Shown here: positions 37,334 to 52,300 of the stretch, piece by piece
How the letters are laid out: the number at the start of each line of letters is the position of its first letter
Numbering within the stretch: the stretch's first letter is position 1
DNA from: Gordius albopunctatus
Lineage: Eukaryota
Direction of reading: 5' to 3'
NCBI GenBank assembly: GCA_964276515.1
Contig: OZ193909.1
Span: 17,236,001 to 17,300,000, forward strand
DNA length: 64,000 nucleotides
Notes under the pieces: generated by a model
Seen by the model: only the letters and a program-made list of their open reading frames with translations
Databases searched by the model: none
What the model was told of the DNA's origin: nothing
Program-made: the position numbers and the translations under genes

Positions 37334-40300
37334 ATGTCGCAATCGGATGACAAAGTTCCTAATACTTTTTCTTTCGATCATTTTTTAATGAATTTCTCCA
37401 GTTTCGTCTACATGAAATTATTACCGACCGTTATAGTGATCGGGATTATAGGAAATGCATTGATTCTTATAAATAGTCATTTCAATCCCACCAAATCTAC
37501 CGGATTTAGGTATTTTGTAATGTGAATTAAAATAAAAAAATTACATTTAAAATAAATTTTTTAAAATAAATTTTATCATTTACTCATCATGAAATAGTAA
37601 TTATTTAGTTATTGATGTAATTAAAAATTCGCATTATCACGATAAACTTAACATATTGGCTTTCGTTAATATCTCTAAACCGTGATTTGAACTAGATAAT
37701 GAATAATAAGGTTAATATTGTGAGGAGAGTATACCCATAAAACATAAGTTTGGTAATAAATTACCTGGAATAAAATAGAATAATATATCTGGTTTCGTTT
37801 TAACAAGCGGTAATTCCTATAGGTTTTTAACCAAATAAAAAATCAACAATGTCAAAATGTAGTGGCTTTAAAAAAATTATATTTTTAAGTTCAAATTATA
37901 ATGATTTATAGGTTAAAGTTTTATTTATTCGCGACCATCAATTTGTTAGGTAATTAAAAAAATTAATTTTAAAAAATTACAAAATAAATTTCCTCCACAA
38001 ATTGATATATTTAAGGTAATTTTAGTTATATTTATACCATATTAAATAGACTTTTATCTCACATTCAAATAATGTTCATCCGGTTTAATTATTCATTATA
38101 ATAGATATTTGCATTTAAATGACTTCAACTTCATCTCGCTTTTTAAATATTCTCTGTGGCTTTTTAAAGTTTAAAAAAATATCCTGAAAGGCCAAAATCC
38201 CCTCAATCCTTGAGCCGTCCGATCCCTCCCTTGAAGGTAGGATGCGCCCTGACGGCTCTTCTCTAGTCCCCTGGCAAAATGACCTATCCCTCAAATGGGA
38301 TTTTACTCGTATTCACCTTTTTGCACCTTCCCATTTTAATTACGACCCTATCGCTACAGAAGAAGGGTGTAAAACTACAAAGTATTCTGCCCTTTTGGCA
38401 TCCAATATTTTTATCCCTGTCGTTGCCACGTGCTCCGGTTCCTTTGGCAAACAGGCAATGGGGTTTTTTAAAGAAATCGGAAAACGCACCCCGAAATCTA
38501 AAATTTCTGCGTCCTTTTTACTCAGGCAACAACTAGGGGGGATTCTTGTTGCACGATACAACTTTAAATCCTTTGCCGACTCATGGCCCATTTTAGAAGA
38601 CAATGATATAGATCTTTGTATTTAACCAATATGTCTTTATTTTTGTATTTCGCTTATTAATGTAACTTTGTTTCTAAAAACAAAAAAAAAAAAAAATTAA
38701 AACAAAATTTTGTTATTTAAAAATTAAATTTTTTTATTATCTATGACTAAAAAATATTGAATATATTTATGCAAAAATAAATTTAATTCCATTAATTTGA
38801 AGATTTAATTTAATTCTATCGTTAATTTAAAAATTTCAACAAAAGATTTAAATTTTAATTTTTAAAAACTATTTTAATAGGCCTACAAGTTTAATCTACA
38901 TTATGTTTCTAATTAAAAAAGTACATGCACTTTCATCGCGTTTGAAGTCTGAAAAAAATTAATTTAAAATTATAGTTTTAGGAGTTACATGATTTTAAAT
39001 GGTTTGTTGCTAAACGTGAAAAAGTGGTTTTAAATTTAATTTTAATTAGCCATTTAATATTTATCGAAAAATTAAAAAAAATCTTTTATAATAATTACCT
39101 TTTTTTTTAAATTATCTGCCATGAATTAAGTATCAATATCAACGGGATTTATTATAATTTTAATTATTATGCAATACAAGAAATCAAAAATAAACTCTAG
39201 TTTTTATATAACCTAAATTTGCAAAATTTACGTTTTATTTCAGAAATTAAGTTCTAAAGAAATACAATTAAAATTTTATTTTCTAGTTTACAATTCCATA
39301 AATAGTTTTTTAATTTTAAATTACAGATTTTGTTTAGACCTTCTTATTTCAAAAATCAATTTTTTATCGATGTGAGATGTAAAACATCATTTTAATTTTA
39401 GTGTAAGTTTGATTCCTATAAGTTTCACGTGTTAATTCATTCGGAAATCTTTACTCATGCATATAAGCATGGGCTACATTGTTTCATATGGTAAAATTTT
39501 GTACCAATCCACCATTTTGAATTTGACAATCTCCCATGTCTTTCTGCAACCCCATTGTTAAAACGGGAAAAGGTGAATTTACCTTGCTCATTAGTTAATA
39601 AATAAAAATAAATATTAATAAATGATTCTTTGATAAAATTCAGATGGTTCGTTTTTATGAATTTTGTAAATCTTATATATAAAAATGAAACCATGTGTGT
39701 ATGCCGCCGCCAATTTTGGAAACAAGTACCAGATCGATTTTGCTCAAAATTTCCCAGTTTATTCCTGCCTACACTCCGGAGCATGTTTTAAGATTTGTTG
39801 GGGCCAAATCGGTCTAGTAGTTTTCGAATATTCGTACGCGTTGCACTGTATACGGAAATAGAACATATAGAAATATCAAACTTTATTTTTACTTCAATAA
39901 CAGCTTTATCATCACAACGATTGCCGGCTGGTTCATCTAGTAATGTATATATTTTAAAATGGTTTTTTTAATGTTTAATTAGTTCAATATTTTTTGTCAT
40001 TACATTTTAAAACTCTTTAATTAAACAAAATTACTATAACCTATCTACTTACTATATATCCTTCCCTTATTTTTGCACATTTGAAAATGGCAGAAAAATG
40101 ATACGCTTATTATGAGCAGTCTATCTACTGATTTATACTCAACCGGTCTAATGCTCAAGTAATCTAATGCACAAAAATTGTAATTTAAACATTATTAGAT
40201 AAGTATATCTCTAACCCTAACCCTATAAAGTATTTTAAATGCATATTAACTAATTATAAAGTATTTTAAATGCATATTAACTAATTATAAAGCATTTAAT

Positions 40301-42543
40301 CTAACCTATGAAAGAAAATAAAAAAAAATTTGAACTTCATATATTATATGCTTAATATGAAAGAAAATATATATGCAGCAATAAAAAAGATAATCTTCAT
40401 ATATTATATGCTTAATATATGTTTTTGCAACCTTTTAAAGCGTTTTTAACTTGATTAAATATAAAATTAATTAGTTATAAGCATTCTTTGCAAATTTTAG
40501 ATTACTTGAGCATTTGATCACTTGAGCAAATACGTATCTACTATATGCATATAACTTACCTTTTAAATTGTTCTTGAAACTTTCAATGTAAGAAATTTAA
40601 TATTCAGGAATTAACTTTGCTAAAAATATATTAAAATTAGAATATTTTTTAGTAACTGTCAGGGCCATGTTGTTAATAAAGTTAATCCTGAAAGACCATC
40701 ACGAGAGAGCTCATTAATATAGATAATTTTGTACTTAAAATCGATGATCGGTTTGAAAAATACAATATTCTTCCCGAAAAATATGCACTTTTATACGAAA
40801 ATTAGGCTTGAAAATTATGTTATCCCAATTTTTATTAAGAATTTTAGCAATGTTATTAGCTATTAATATTAAATTTGTATATGAGGGGGGGGGGGATAGC
40901 CAGAATTAAAATGAAGAATAATGATTTAAATAGGGGAAAAATAATAATTTTCGTAATTTCCGCCGAGGCAATTAAAATTTTAAAATACTCGGAACTTAAC
41001 AAAACTCTAATTTTCCGTCCCATTGCGACAAACACTTTAACAACCTGCTGCCCCCAAGCCTTTAAGAAAGATTTTTAAAAAAAGGAAACAAATTTCTTTG
41101 CTATTACATGATAATCGCGAATCTTTTTTTATAAAACAGAAAATCGGCATTCCTATTTGTATATATAATTCCATAGTTATATTTGGAATGTTTTCCAAAT
41201 ATTCATATTACTTAACTTTTTTATTTTCATTTAGCTTCACAAATTATTTATTTTTACCTTAATAAATTAAATTGCGAATTTAAAATAGTTTTATATTAGT
41301 TGGTATTTTATAAAGCGGCACATTTTTTACAAATTGATGATCTATCATTCTAATACTTTCTAATAAAATATTAATAAACTCGTCTTTAAAAACGGATAAA
41401 TTATAATTATACTTTTATTATCGTGCTTGCTAAAAATTGTCAAATTTGTAAAAAAAAAAATTAATTTCTATTTTACAATTAAAAAAAACTTATTTGAATC
41501 ATTAAAATTTACGCTTTATCAATTCCTTCTTCTTCATAAATGATTTATTTATAAGTGAAATGAGTTAGTCTTCACTGTCACCTATAAAATTTTTGACAAG
41601 TATAATTTGTGACAAATTTGTGACAAATTACTATGTAGTTAATTTGATGGGGAGAGGAACAGAGATTAGAAGAAGGTTAAGGAAAAGAGGAAGAAGAGTT
41701 AGTTAGTTTTATTAAATAAACATAAATCTTATATCTCGAGATGATCAAATATTGTGATTGTTGATCTTAAAGCTTGGATTCGCTAAGCCTCAAGGTTAAA
41801 GTTCCTCAAGATATGTGTTAGTCTAATCAATTAATTGAATTACAAATTGGAAATTTTTAATTTACCCTCTTAAAAACATATGTTCTAGTGTTGTAAAAAG
41901 ACATGGGCTTCATTTGGACGGCCTTTAGTCACTTTTTCGAATTTCGACTCGAGGTCGCCTAAACAAAACTCAGTCTTTATGCAACCCTAAATGCCATTGA
42001 TTTTTCCTAATTTCTGGCTAAAGTCTATTTTTGCGGAGGGGGGAAGCGATTTTATTTAAATTTATTTGATTTGGGGTATTTTGAGTAAATAGTATTTATT
42101 GTTGTGGTATTGGGAAATAAATGTGATGATTTTATAATAAATCCTCATATACAGATATGCATCTAAATTATTGATTAGATTTAATTTATTGATTGGATAT
42201 CGCCTATGAATTGATCGCTTTTGGTCATGATAATAGTGGAATATTTTTAACAAAAGGTTCTTATCTATTCATTTTTTTTCTTCAATGTATGAGATGAAGG
42301 AAATTCCGTGTGCTAATAGGGAAGATGTAATTTAATTAAATTACCTAGCAGAAATATTTTTTTAATCTTCACCCTTTTTAAATAATGAAAATTTAAAGTA
42401 GGTTTTGACATTTCACAAAAGGACTGATGAGGAAAAAAATATAATTAAATTAATTTTTTTGCAGCAGCCTAAGGGTAAAATATCGTAATTATTTGGTCTC
42501 AAATTAATTTATTTAATACCTAACTTCCTCATTAATTTATTAA

Positions 42544-42575
<32 letters not shown>

Positions 42576-45500
42576 ACTAAATATATTAAATGTTTTATTA
42601 TTACCCTCATTAAATTTAAACGGTGAAGCAAGGGGGAAGGGGGGATATACTGACTGACAGTTTATTTTTCCAATTTTTTTAATGGAAACCCCTGAGAAGA
42701 GCACTAGAAATCTCATTATGCCTACAGTAATTGTGGAAGATGGCGGAAGATGGCTCCTCTGCTAACCGGTCATTAATATTTCCTAGATTACCATATTAAT
42801 GATTGGTCTGTCTGTATAGAGGGGCAACACCTTTCGGACTTGGCATACTAATAATATGCTAACCACTCATTTTTTGCCCCTTCAAATACTACATTCTAAT
42901 GTACCCCCCCCCTTCCTCATATATCTAAGGGGTCATTAAAGCAGAAGATTTGGTTGGAATTTGATAATGATTGGATGTTAAAATTGCGTTCAAAGCTTAT
43001 TTTTATACGTGAATAGTATAATTTTAAAAAAAAAATTGATTTTATGGATTACACAATTTTTTAAAATAAATTATACTATTAAACAAAATATACAAATTAT
43101 AAACATAAAATATCTGCGACGGTTTTGGCTGAATATAATCTCTTTAGAATTATTATGTTTATATCTAAAAAATGCAGTAAAAGTTAATTTATCTAAATTT
43201 TGTGACTCACTTCCTTCTGTGGGTCCTGCAAAAACGCAATATTTTAAAAGTTCCTTTCAATTTTTTTGAAAAGACCGATTAGTGGCATTGTCTGATAGGC
43301 AACGATCGGCCGGTCAGTACTAAAAATTTAAAAACTCGGCCCGGCCCAAGCCCATTAAGATTATAAATTATAGACCCGAGCCCGACCCGCTAATACTTTA
43401 CAAAGCCCGGGCCCAGCCAAGAGCTCCCAAAAAACCTAAATATTTTGCTAATTTTTAACGCAATTTTTTTTGTCAATTTTTTCTCTTGCTCAGGGGTGGT
43501 TTTTGTTCCACAAGCGACTCGCCCCTGAATTTTTTACTTTTGGACTTGTAATTGTAGCCCAGCATAAAATTATTTATAAATTTGGTAACTTTACGCTAGC
43601 TAAATTTTTTCCTTAAATTCAAACCTTAATAAAAGGATCAATAATTTTGGCGCGTGGGTTACTAATTAAAAATTGCAAAATGTATGAATAAACGATAAGG
43701 AAATCTTAAATCATTATTGCGAAAGTTAAATAAAACAAAATATTATTTAATGGATTTAACGGCCCAAAACTGCGCCTTACTTATACCTAGTGCCATCGCT
43801 AAGCCCATCCAAGCCCGGCCCGCAATTTATGATTAAACAAAAAGCCCGATTGGCAAAACAAGTCTCTAGTTTGAACCAACTAAGCTTATGAGTTTCACCC
43901 TTAAGAAAATTATAATTTTTATTATATACAGTTTCATTTTAAAACTTCAACTTTGTCTTAGCCAACTAGGATCCTGCAACGGGCCGATTTAGGTGAGCCG
44001 GGCTGCCCCTTACAAAAATGTAATAGCCCGGGCCCGTCAAAATAATATTTAGGTGCGCCAGCGGGCCGGGCCGGGCCATCCAGGTCTGTAATGCTAACTA
44101 TGGTTGCGTTCGCTATGTCGTGATCATTTAAAAGTAGACTTTGAAAAATGATTTGCCATACCATGTGGAGAATTCGGTTTAAATCTTGTAAAAACGAAAT
44201 TTTTAGAGTAATTTAGAATAAGCATGTTAAAATTGGAAAAAATGAATTATAGCCAGTTGCGCAACAAAAAAATCAAATAAAGGTAATCAGTGCGACACAA
44301 AATCAATTATGGAATTTGTGGTTAGGCGAGGTTGAAAAAAGTAAAGACAATTAGCTGTCATTTTATTTGGGAAGGAGGTAAAATAAAAGTATTTTACACA
44401 AGCATAAGTCCACCCACAGCCATTAGAGACCCGTACAAGTTTCCCCATCGCAATTATTGAAAAATTAAAAGTTAGACACAGGACGGATAATCAAATCCTT
44501 AATAGAAAAATTAAATTTCTTTTCATTTTAAAACACGCACTATGGCCGATGACCAAATTATATAAAATAAAATTATTAGATTTAAATACTATATCAGTGT
44601 TGTTGGGTGGTAAAGAGGTATATTTTGTAATAACTGTAATTTATATGCACATATAACTTCGCCTAAATATTTGTCGTCCTCCTTTGAACTGCTGCCTATA
44701 TCCGGATTGGATGGTTATATATTATGTTGTCCCATTTAATTGGAAAATGATGAAATTAGGGATTGTGGTGTCATTTGCCTCACCATTACTTACCATAATA
44801 TTCTGTAAATTAAATTGAAGTAGATTAAATCCAATATAATCCTTTGCTTTGCTTATTGCAGCCGTCCTAACTTGTCACAATATTTTTGGTAAAGTGTTTG
44901 TAGAGTTTCGTTATGGTAAATAGAACGTTTACTTACTGCGGATAAATATATAATAAATTCATATAATTGGTGTGGTGGCACATGAGAGTTGGTAAAATAA
45001 TTCATCATGCCACCTTAATGTTATTTTGAATTATAAACTCTTACTAGAATATATAATTTTGGATTACAATAATATTAATTATATAGCACAGCCACCTTCT
45101 AAACTCTATTTTAATATAACTATACCTCTAAAAGCAAAAGTATTTGCATTATCTATAAAATTTGCGAAAAAGTATGCTCTTTAAAATAGCCCATGGTATC
45201 ATCTTTCAAAAAGGATCCATTATTCTTGTCTCCAGATTTTAAAATACCTTTTTTCTAATCATATTAATAAAAGTAGCCGTTACCAAAAAACATCTAAAAC
45301 CTTTAGGTTTTTTTGTTATTATTTCTCAATAGCTGCATAGGAGGAATGTTCTTAATACATAGTACTAAAGGTACATTTCAAAATGGCCAAATTATTTTAA
45401 TTGCCCCCTTTATCGTCCCACTTTAAATTTTAAGAGAACTTATATTTCAACTTTTGAGTTTGATTCCATAAAAAGCAACAAACTCTAAATTTAATCATTA

Positions 45501-48500
45501 GATATAATCGTTTATGTTAAAAGTTTTTAATGAAATTTTGCATTATTTCATTTTTACTCGTTAGCATCGATACCAAAGTAATAGAGCAGCTACCAGCCAA
45601 TTCTAATCTATTTAATACCATTGAGGCATTTTCGGTAATTGAATTGTGAAAGAAATATATATGAATCCCTGAAAAAGAATTATAATTTAATATATTATTT
45701 TTTGATGGGAAATGACGTTAGGACATTTACACGAATAGATTGTCCAGTTAATATTCCCTTGTGGCTAATTATTTTTTAATCATAAAGTCCCAGGAAAAGA
45801 TCTTCGTATTTTTAGCGCAGTTTATCCATGGTAACCATGATTTACCTATCGATCCTACAACACCAAGAGTTCATTTCTCGTTTCCAATATAAAATTACAA
45901 CAAAAAACTAATGATTATAACAAATGACTTAAATATAGACGATACATGGGCGTGGCCAAGGGGGGGGGGGGTCAGGGAGGGTCGGCTGCCCCCCCTCTAA
46001 ATCCGAAAAAATTGTTGAAATTTATTAAAATTATGGCTAAATGTTCAAAAAAGGATCATTTTGCCCCCTCTAATCCCAATGCTGGCTACCCCGATGCTTA
46101 TTTACTTAATGTTATGGTAATATATGTAATAAGCATGTATGGGTAATATAAGCTTGGAAAAATACTATTTCATACTATTTTTGAAATAGGAAACTTTATA
46201 TATTGAGGAGGTAAAAATACATATTCTGTGAAAATGAATGAAGTAAATAAAAAAACTAGGTGTTATAAATATTTGGAAAGTTGCTAAAAATTATGTATAT
46301 AACAAAATTACTTTGATGCTGAGCATTTAGGGAATTTGTTGTTTAAAACATCTTATCTTTTATCAGGTCAGGCAATATCAAATTTCATCTCAAGTTAGCA
46401 ATGATATTAGATTTTTCTATTAGACTCAATGTTTGAATCAAGTAAGTGCTCATGAGAAATTAAATTGAAAATACTCTATGACCTAAAATTTTGCCCCCGT
46501 CTTTTCCTGTATAGCCAAAAGTTTATAGCTTTTATCATAATCGACACAAATAAGTTTTATGCCGAAGCATTATAGCTGTAATTTTGAACTTGCAATAGGC
46601 AGAGTTATGAGAATCAAAAAAAGTAAAGAACTTTGAACCAAATTTCTTAACCTTTTAAACGCTCAACCATTCATGACACTTTGAATAGTAATAACGGCTT
46701 AAAGAATATTTCTTTTCTTGTACAGCATTTAATATAAAGTAAACTTAGATATTTTATAATCATATAAAACTTCCGAATTCAAGCATATGAATGGCAAGCT
46801 TAATCATTTATCTTCAATTTTTTGGGGTGAGAATATAAATAAGTCCAACCTTTTTGTGATTTAATTATGTTACTTTGAGATCTATAGAAATATTATAAAG
46901 TAATAAAAATTAACCACCGTTTTAAAAAACATGACAAACTTCTTATTACTAAACTAAACAACGCTTTCTTGAAAGTTTTTTTTAGTAATTCCTTAAAAGA
47001 GAAACGGATGACAATTTATAGATTTTTAGATGCAATATTGACTTACTACATCTTCATTGTTATGTCTCTTTTGAAAAAATATATATATTTAGGCGGATAA
47101 AAATTAATTATTTTTGCACATCAAGGCCATTCAGTTACCAGTATTCTGTACAATTTTAAAATAACTGTAGTGTAGTAATAAATTTATCTCCACCTCAAAA
47201 GTAATGCTTTAAATTGCATGTTGTGAACAACAGTAATCTTATATTGTCCATAAACCTTTTTCTCTGCCTTTTTTAATTAATTAATTTTTACACGCTAACA
47301 TAGCGATTATTACATCTCAATCTATACCTTAAATTAGTTAAATTTATGGATGTCGGGTGTTTGGTCATTTTAATTAATGAAATAATTACACGTGGTAAAT
47401 AAATTATAAAAAATATTTTTTTATATATTAATTTATCTATCTTTCCCTCCCTAATTTATATGGTTATATTTAAAGCACGTTGCGTTTTAATAATAATCCG
47501 ATGGAATTAGACTTATTAAAGATTGAGGGTGTAACTGTGGTAATAGTTAATTTTCATTAGCATTTTGATTTAGTGTGTTATGTAATGTACAACGTGAAAA
47601 GATTAATGAAATTTTGACGCATAAATCATAATTTACTATAATAGAGGTGGTCGCGTGTCTGGGTTATGGCAAAAACTTTAACTTATAAATTAAATTATGG
47701 TGTGCCAATAGATTATCAACAGTTGACAACTAATGAAAACATGTACGAAATTTTTTCCTCTCCAGATGTTTGGTGAGCTGAAATTATATAAGGTTAATAA
47801 GTTATTTATATAATCACTTAATAACATATATAGTTCGGATAATTAAAGGTGGTTCTGCAGATCTAATTTAACATTTGAAGTAATCTAGCCATTCAAAGTT
47901 GAAGCACTTAATATATATATGCTATACACTTATAATATCTAAATGATATTTGTTCATTATATTTATTTATTTGTTAAAACATTTATGAATATATTTATAG
48001 TAGAGTCTTATAAACGAATATAACCTAATGCTAAAAAGCTTGCTTGCACCGTTAATATCACATATAAGCAATAATTAAAACATTTGTACAAAAATTACAA
48101 ATATTATTAATATTACATCGCAGCGGCAATCGTTTTAACTAATAAAGAAACATAAGTCAACAACATATCTCATAAGATTTTGCCTGAGCTATATTATAAA
48201 TATGCATTTACAACGCAGATATATATGGTTCTTGGCTGTGTCGGATTTGGGTGCCTGCCTGATGGTCATATTTTGGCCTGTACTACATGTCATGGCCAAT
48301 TACTACAAATGGTCATTCCTATACACCTACGGCTGGAACGCCTTTCTCATTTATTTCGTAAACGTAATCGTCAACGTTTTCATGAAGGCTAGTACCCTGT
48401 TGACTTGTTCCTTAACCATGGACCGATACGTGGCTTTACACCTACCGTTAAGGTACCGCAAATTCAGTGTGCCCAAGATGGTAAATTCAGCTGTTTTAGT

Positions 48501-50250
48501 ATCCTTTGTTGTGCCATTATGTCTCATGATACCCCGTGTTCTACAATATCGAATAGTCCCTATGCTTCCACCACCATTGAGCGTTTCAGTTTCTGCCCCT
48601 TCGCATAGGACTACTGCCCTGGGCTCAGACATTAACTCCACCAAACTAAAGGATGCGTCAATATTTAAGTATGAGGCTTGGCGCAACATGGATCAAGCCA
48701 TAAAAAATCCCAAGTTTAGGGCTTTTTTCGGACCTCTCACGTCCCAATCGAATCGTTTAACTAGGGCGGAGCGCAACATTTCAAATCGCCCTTATCCTAA
48801 GGGTATAAAACTGCGAAAGGGTAAGAAGAAGTTGAACACACTTAAGCTCAACCTCAGAGATTCTTTTAATACCAGCAACATATATGAGCCCGTAAAAGCT
48901 TTTTATCAAAATAGAGGCTTCAATGCGTCTTACATTTACTTGAACGGTAGTACTATGAGCGATGAGGCGGCGATAGATTATGGCAAAAAGATTTCCAGCG
49001 GTGCGACTTTGACAAGCAAGGAATACCACTTCGTCCCAAACTTGGAATTTACAAGTTTACCATCTCACACGGCGTACCAGTGGATTAGGGAGATATCCCT
49101 TACTTTCGCACCCTTAGTCCTACTTATAATTCTCAATATATCAATCATTCAACGCTACAAGGTAAACATGCAAAAACGTGCTTCCATGATTAACATCAAA
49201 AAAGCTATACCTAACAAGGTTGAAGTTTCGACAGCAGCTTTAACGAGTTGTGACACTTCAAAATCTTCAGCAACGGGTACGCCTGATAATATTAAATTAG
49301 TCATGAGAAACAAAAAGTCAAAAAATTCCAAGTCTGTCTTAAAAACTGAGCCTTTTAATAATCGCCATTTTTTAACACTACCCCGAAATAAGTTTCTGAA
49401 ACTTAGAAGCTCGGACCAAAATGTCGACGCATCAACAACCATTAAGCCTTTCATTGAAAAAGACGATTGCTCCAACGAAGTTATTAATTTAAAGGTAGTG
49501 AGGGATTATAGTGGGAAAGAAAGACCGACCGCTCAAAATTCACATTGTACCACATCTTTGCTTAATGGCCAATTGACCCTAGACCAAGTCGCTGCTAGGA
49601 ACGAACAAACTCAGGAAAGTTTTCATAAAACGGCAAAGCATTTAAATGACGCCAATGGTGATACAATCTGTATCAAGCCAGTCAAAGGATGGAATGGGAT
49701 AATGCGGGCAAGGCGAAAACAAAACTCCATACCTGTACTGTTCCCCAGAAAAAAATGTTACAATGGCATTACAACCGGTGAGACGAGTAAATGTTTACTA
49801 ACTCCTGATAACGCGCCTGCCTCAGATTCGTTCCTAGGTGCCCATGACGATACGATTGCATCGACTTCGCATAAAAAGACGTCAAAATCCAACCCCCCAA
49901 TTCGCGATATGAAAGCGGAAAAAGCTAGGAAACATTTGAAAGACGAAAGAAGATTAACCATCATGTTAATAACGGTAGTTAGTTTACATTTTGTGTGTAA
50001 CATACCGCAAGCCATCGTAACGATCCTTGATACCAAGTATCATGGTACACCGACGGGGAGTAGCTTTTACTTTCAACTTGCACTGATTTCAACCAACGTT
50101 TTGGAAGCCTTAAATTTCGCCGCCAATTTCTATCTATACTGCGTTTTTATTAAAGACTTTAGGTCTCAGGTCAAAAATATTTTCTCCAAACTATTCCGTA
50201 AACCTGTTATCATCCCTATCCCTGACAGATCTAGGTCTCAGATGACTTAG
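37334..50250 (+). CDS. Class A GPCR, FMRFamide/sex-peptide-receptor-like peptide receptor family; 2 coding exons
   Basis: Exon 37334-37509 (TM1 IGIIGNALIL) joins in phase (AG|A) to exon 48219-50250. Motifs: TM2 LAVSDL, TM3 MDRYVAL, TM6 FVCNIP, TM7 NFAANFYLY, and helix 8 FR. Confidence 0.9.
38180..38696 (+). mobile_element. 5'-truncated non-LTR retrotransposon with a restriction-like endonuclease (CRE-like)
   Basis: Translates as EP...RPDG..LVPW....LKWDFT...E..K..KY..L...FIPVV....G..GKQA..FFKEIG, followed by a short 3' UTR and a poly(A) tract at about 38676-38696. Confidence 0.75.
39671..39940 (+). mobile_element. Short non-autonomous Helitron
   Basis: Starts A|TCTTATATATAAAA and ends CTAG|T after a GC-rich degenerate hairpin; no TSD. 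Confidence 0.6.
40130..40535. mobile_element. MITE with about 30-bp inverted ends
   Basis: ctaatgctcaagtaatctaa versus ttagattacttgagcatttg; a second copy lies at about 9342-9682. Confidence 0.65.
43305..44090. mobile_element. Decayed DNA transposon with GGCCC/GCCCG subterminal repeats
   Basis: Clusters of cggcccggccc and gggccgggcc at both ends; a similar decayed element lies at about 27795-28160. Confidence 0.5.
45945..46096. mobile_element. hAT-type MITE
   Basis: catgggcgtggcc ... ggctaccccgatg, with a body matching 26061-26225. Confidence 0.75.
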
Positions 50251-51909
50251 TTTTCCCCTTTACAATAGCTTAGTGATATTTTCTAGGCGTTTATAGAGAC
50301 TATGGATAAAGAGATAAAAATTAATAGTGAAAATTTACTTTGATGCTTTTGAAAGTTATAATATACCATGTTGAATGTTAATAATGTTCGTAAATTGTTT
50401 ACGATGTCCGCTGTGATACGTATAAACATGCAAAAATTTTATGAAATAGGCATTTTTTATTTGTTATTTTTTTCATTCATCTAATTTTTACAACTCGGGC
50501 TATTAAGTTTTAAAATATAATACAATATATAAGAAATAATGGTCATTTGAAGATAACAAAATGGATCTAACAAAATGAATAGCCAGAATTATTCCGATGT
50601 TTTGCTAGTCACTCTTGATGATCGGGACCCAGCGGCTTCTCAGCTAAGAAAAATTTTAGCAATTAATATATTTTGTTAGCAATAAAACATGCAAATTTTT
50701 ATGATAAAATTTTTAAAATTGTAAGATATTGGGTGGAAACAACTTCAAAAATATAGAATTACAAAAAATCATTATTTAGCAGCCATCTTAGATGAAAAAT
50801 TTATAAAAAACATGAAAATCTATATTAACATAAATAAATTACTTGAGATTTCCTTCGCGATTAGTGCCCTAAACTCATAAATGCATAAGATGCAAATGAA
50901 TAGACGAATAATTATTATTGATACAATTCTAATATCCATTTCACTTTAATTATTAAAAAACTTTGCAGATTTATTAATTTTTGAAATATATAAGGTTCTA
51001 CCATAAGATATCATTCATAAAATATTCGATTTGATGGATTGCTTTATAAATATTTATCTAAACGCCTATTTTTTGCATATCATTCAAGGCCTAAATTACA
51101 ATTGTTTATACATTTTTTAGTTCTTGCATAAACATAACAATAATAATAAATAGTCTCGCAAACTATTTTAAAAAATTTTTGAACTTTAGTCCTTTAATAT
51201 AAAGCATAATGACCTATGATATAAGTTTTAAATACTTTTTAAAAAATCTCACTGATACACTTTATGTAAGACAAAAGGATGGATATTATTGAAACAATAA
51301 TTTAAGGTAATTTAAATTATTTTAGCTAAAACATATAATAAATTCTTAACAAAAATCGGCCAGAAAATGCGTAGTAGCGAGATTCAACCAGTTTTCATAA
51401 CAATTAAATTAAATTATAAATATATTAACAAAATAGAAAGAAGATAAAAAATCACTATAAGGCCTAGCCCTAAAGAAATGATAGAAAGACATGACTACCC
51501 TATTAAAATTAATTGCACTATTGTGTTTAAGACTTCTATTTTAAAGTCAATTAGCTTAGATAATGAGCAATTTACTGAAGAAACGCAGCGAAACCAGTGA
51601 AGCGGCTGAAGCATTTTATTAGGCGTGGCCAGGAATTTATTAGATCGATTCCTTTTTGTTGTATGTTTTATTAATATTGGAAGAAATGTTAGCCTTTTTG
51701 ATATGAATATTAGCCTGCTCGTTGAAATTCTTTGGTCTTTTAATTATGATATATATTTTTGTCGTGTTGCCAAAATATTTTATATCTAATGCCGTATTAT
51801 TATTAACCCGAATCATGACCATATTAAATATAGCCCTACCGAGCGAGGCACGTGATTTAGATAGCGAAAATATAGCGCGCTACTTTTTACAGTGTAATTT
51901 ATCCCTTTA

Positions 51910-52300
51910 TCTATATATATAAAATTCCCGTGTTACGGTGTTTGTGGTTAAACTCCTCCGAAACGGCTGGACCGATTTAGATGGAAATTTCTGCGAATGA
52001 TTGGTAGGTCTGAGCCTAGGTTTTTTAAACTATATTCCAAATCTCTAAGTCATAAGATGGTCAAGTTATTAAGTTTTATACGTCTTGACGTTTAATAAAA
52101 TGTCACTCAAACGCAACCTCATGACGTACTGCGTATCTATCGTGATTCGTGTTCTTTTAAAATTTGAATATACAGTGCTTTAATAAAAGTGTATCACTTA
52201 TAGTATTTTCTAGACCGTCATATCAAAGTCATTTTTTTGCTTATTTTTCACGTCAATTATTATTATAGGACGGTCGTGTCCCCTCCTGCGTGGCTAATTA
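51910..52300 (+). mobile_element. Probable non-autonomous Helitron; 3' end uncertain
   Basis: 5' end A|TCTATATATATAAAA...aactcctccgaaacggctggaccgattt; possible ggac...gtcc hairpin near 52270, with no perfect CTAG. Confidence 0.45.

Noticed and set aside
51574..51600. CTGAAGA...CGAAAC hammerhead-like core
   Set aside because: No pairing for stem II, and the flanks do not form stems I and III convincingly.
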